Below are positions 63,305 to 64,000 of a DNA stretch of 64,000 nucleotides, piece after piece (positions within the stretch are counted from its first letter, which is position 1; each line of letters starts with the position of its first letter). The stretch is from assembly GCA_053919585.1 (NCBI GenBank), contig CM132808.1; one strand, given 5' to 3'. The notes beneath the pieces are model-generated. The model was not told the origin of the DNA. It worked only from the letters and a program-made list of their open reading frames with translations, and did no database searches. A program made the position numbers and the translations under genes. Origin of the DNA: Euprymna scolopes (taxonomy: Eukaryota).

Positions 63305-64000
63305 CACAATATTCCAGCCGAGCACTTGCCATGAAAATAACAAAGCAGAGACAAACTCGCAACATCTCTTCTGTGAGAAAGAGGTTGCAGAGAAGAGAAA
63401 AGGACATTCCCTACGAGACTACGAAGTCTATTTTGAACTCTATCAAGACAGGATAAGTTCTTTCTAGCAACTCCTGCCCAGATGTGGCAACAATACTCCA
63501 TCCTTGAACATACCTGGCTCTTATATAGATAGAGAATTACATCAGCAGTGAGATATCTACTCGATCGATAGAAGGATCCTACCATTTTTCTAGCAGCCTT
63601 GGCGACGGATTTAATGTATGTGTTCCATTTAAGATCAGGAGTAAAAGTCAAGTCCAGAAGCTTGTCAAAACATGAAGCCTCCCCAAGACGAGAGCCATTC
63701 ATTTCAATTGATGCCAGATGGGGATCAGAGCATTGATGATGTCAAGATAAAAGCTTGGTTTTAGATGCATTAAAAGTAACAAGCCACGCTCAAGATCAGA
63801 GGAGAGAGAATCAGAGAGAACCTGGTCGTTTACGGTCTTAGATATGCTACCATAGATAGTAGTGTCATCAGCATAAATGTCTACGAATGATGTAAGGATG
63901 TGATTTGGAAGGTCATTAATGTAGATCACGAAGAGAGTTGGGTCCAGGATGGATACCTGAGGGACTCCAGCATTAATACTGAGAGCTTCTGATTTCTGCA
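63305..64000 (-). mobile_element. CR1-group LINE (family A) RT fragment
   Basis: GVPQ, YINDLP, YADD, LQPLSHRRDVASL; close paralog of 23970-24640. Confidence 0.9.

Overview
This is AT-rich animal (invertebrate-type) genomic DNA. I recognise no host gene; nearly everything identifiable is a nested, mostly decayed transposable element. Non-LTR elements: Tx1-clade LINEs bounded by U2-snRNA-derived motifs (Keno-like), several CR1-group LINEs and a Penelope-like fragment. LTR elements: two Gypsy, one BEL/Pao, two Copia (one GalEa-like) and a solo LTR. DNA elements: hAT, Merlin, Tc1, a MULE-like foldback, MITEs and a possible Helitron. There is also a 40-bp minisatellite that arose inside an integrase gene, and a 137-N gap. 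Four observations stand out. (1) A Gypsy element (54041-58725) has no tRNA PBS at its LTR; instead a 14-nt tract perfectly complementary to its own LTR sits there, the geometry of Tf1-type self-priming, with non-canonical AG...CT termini. (2) A BEL/Pao integrase ends in a TAF3-like PHD finger, a possible H3K4me3-reading targeting module. (3) Tx1 copies are joined head-to-tail by the U2 branch-site motif, with no U2 gene present. (4) A deep nest reads LINE > GalEa copia > minisatellite > hAT > Merlin/MITE. All calls come from reading the sequence by eye; no database searches were run.
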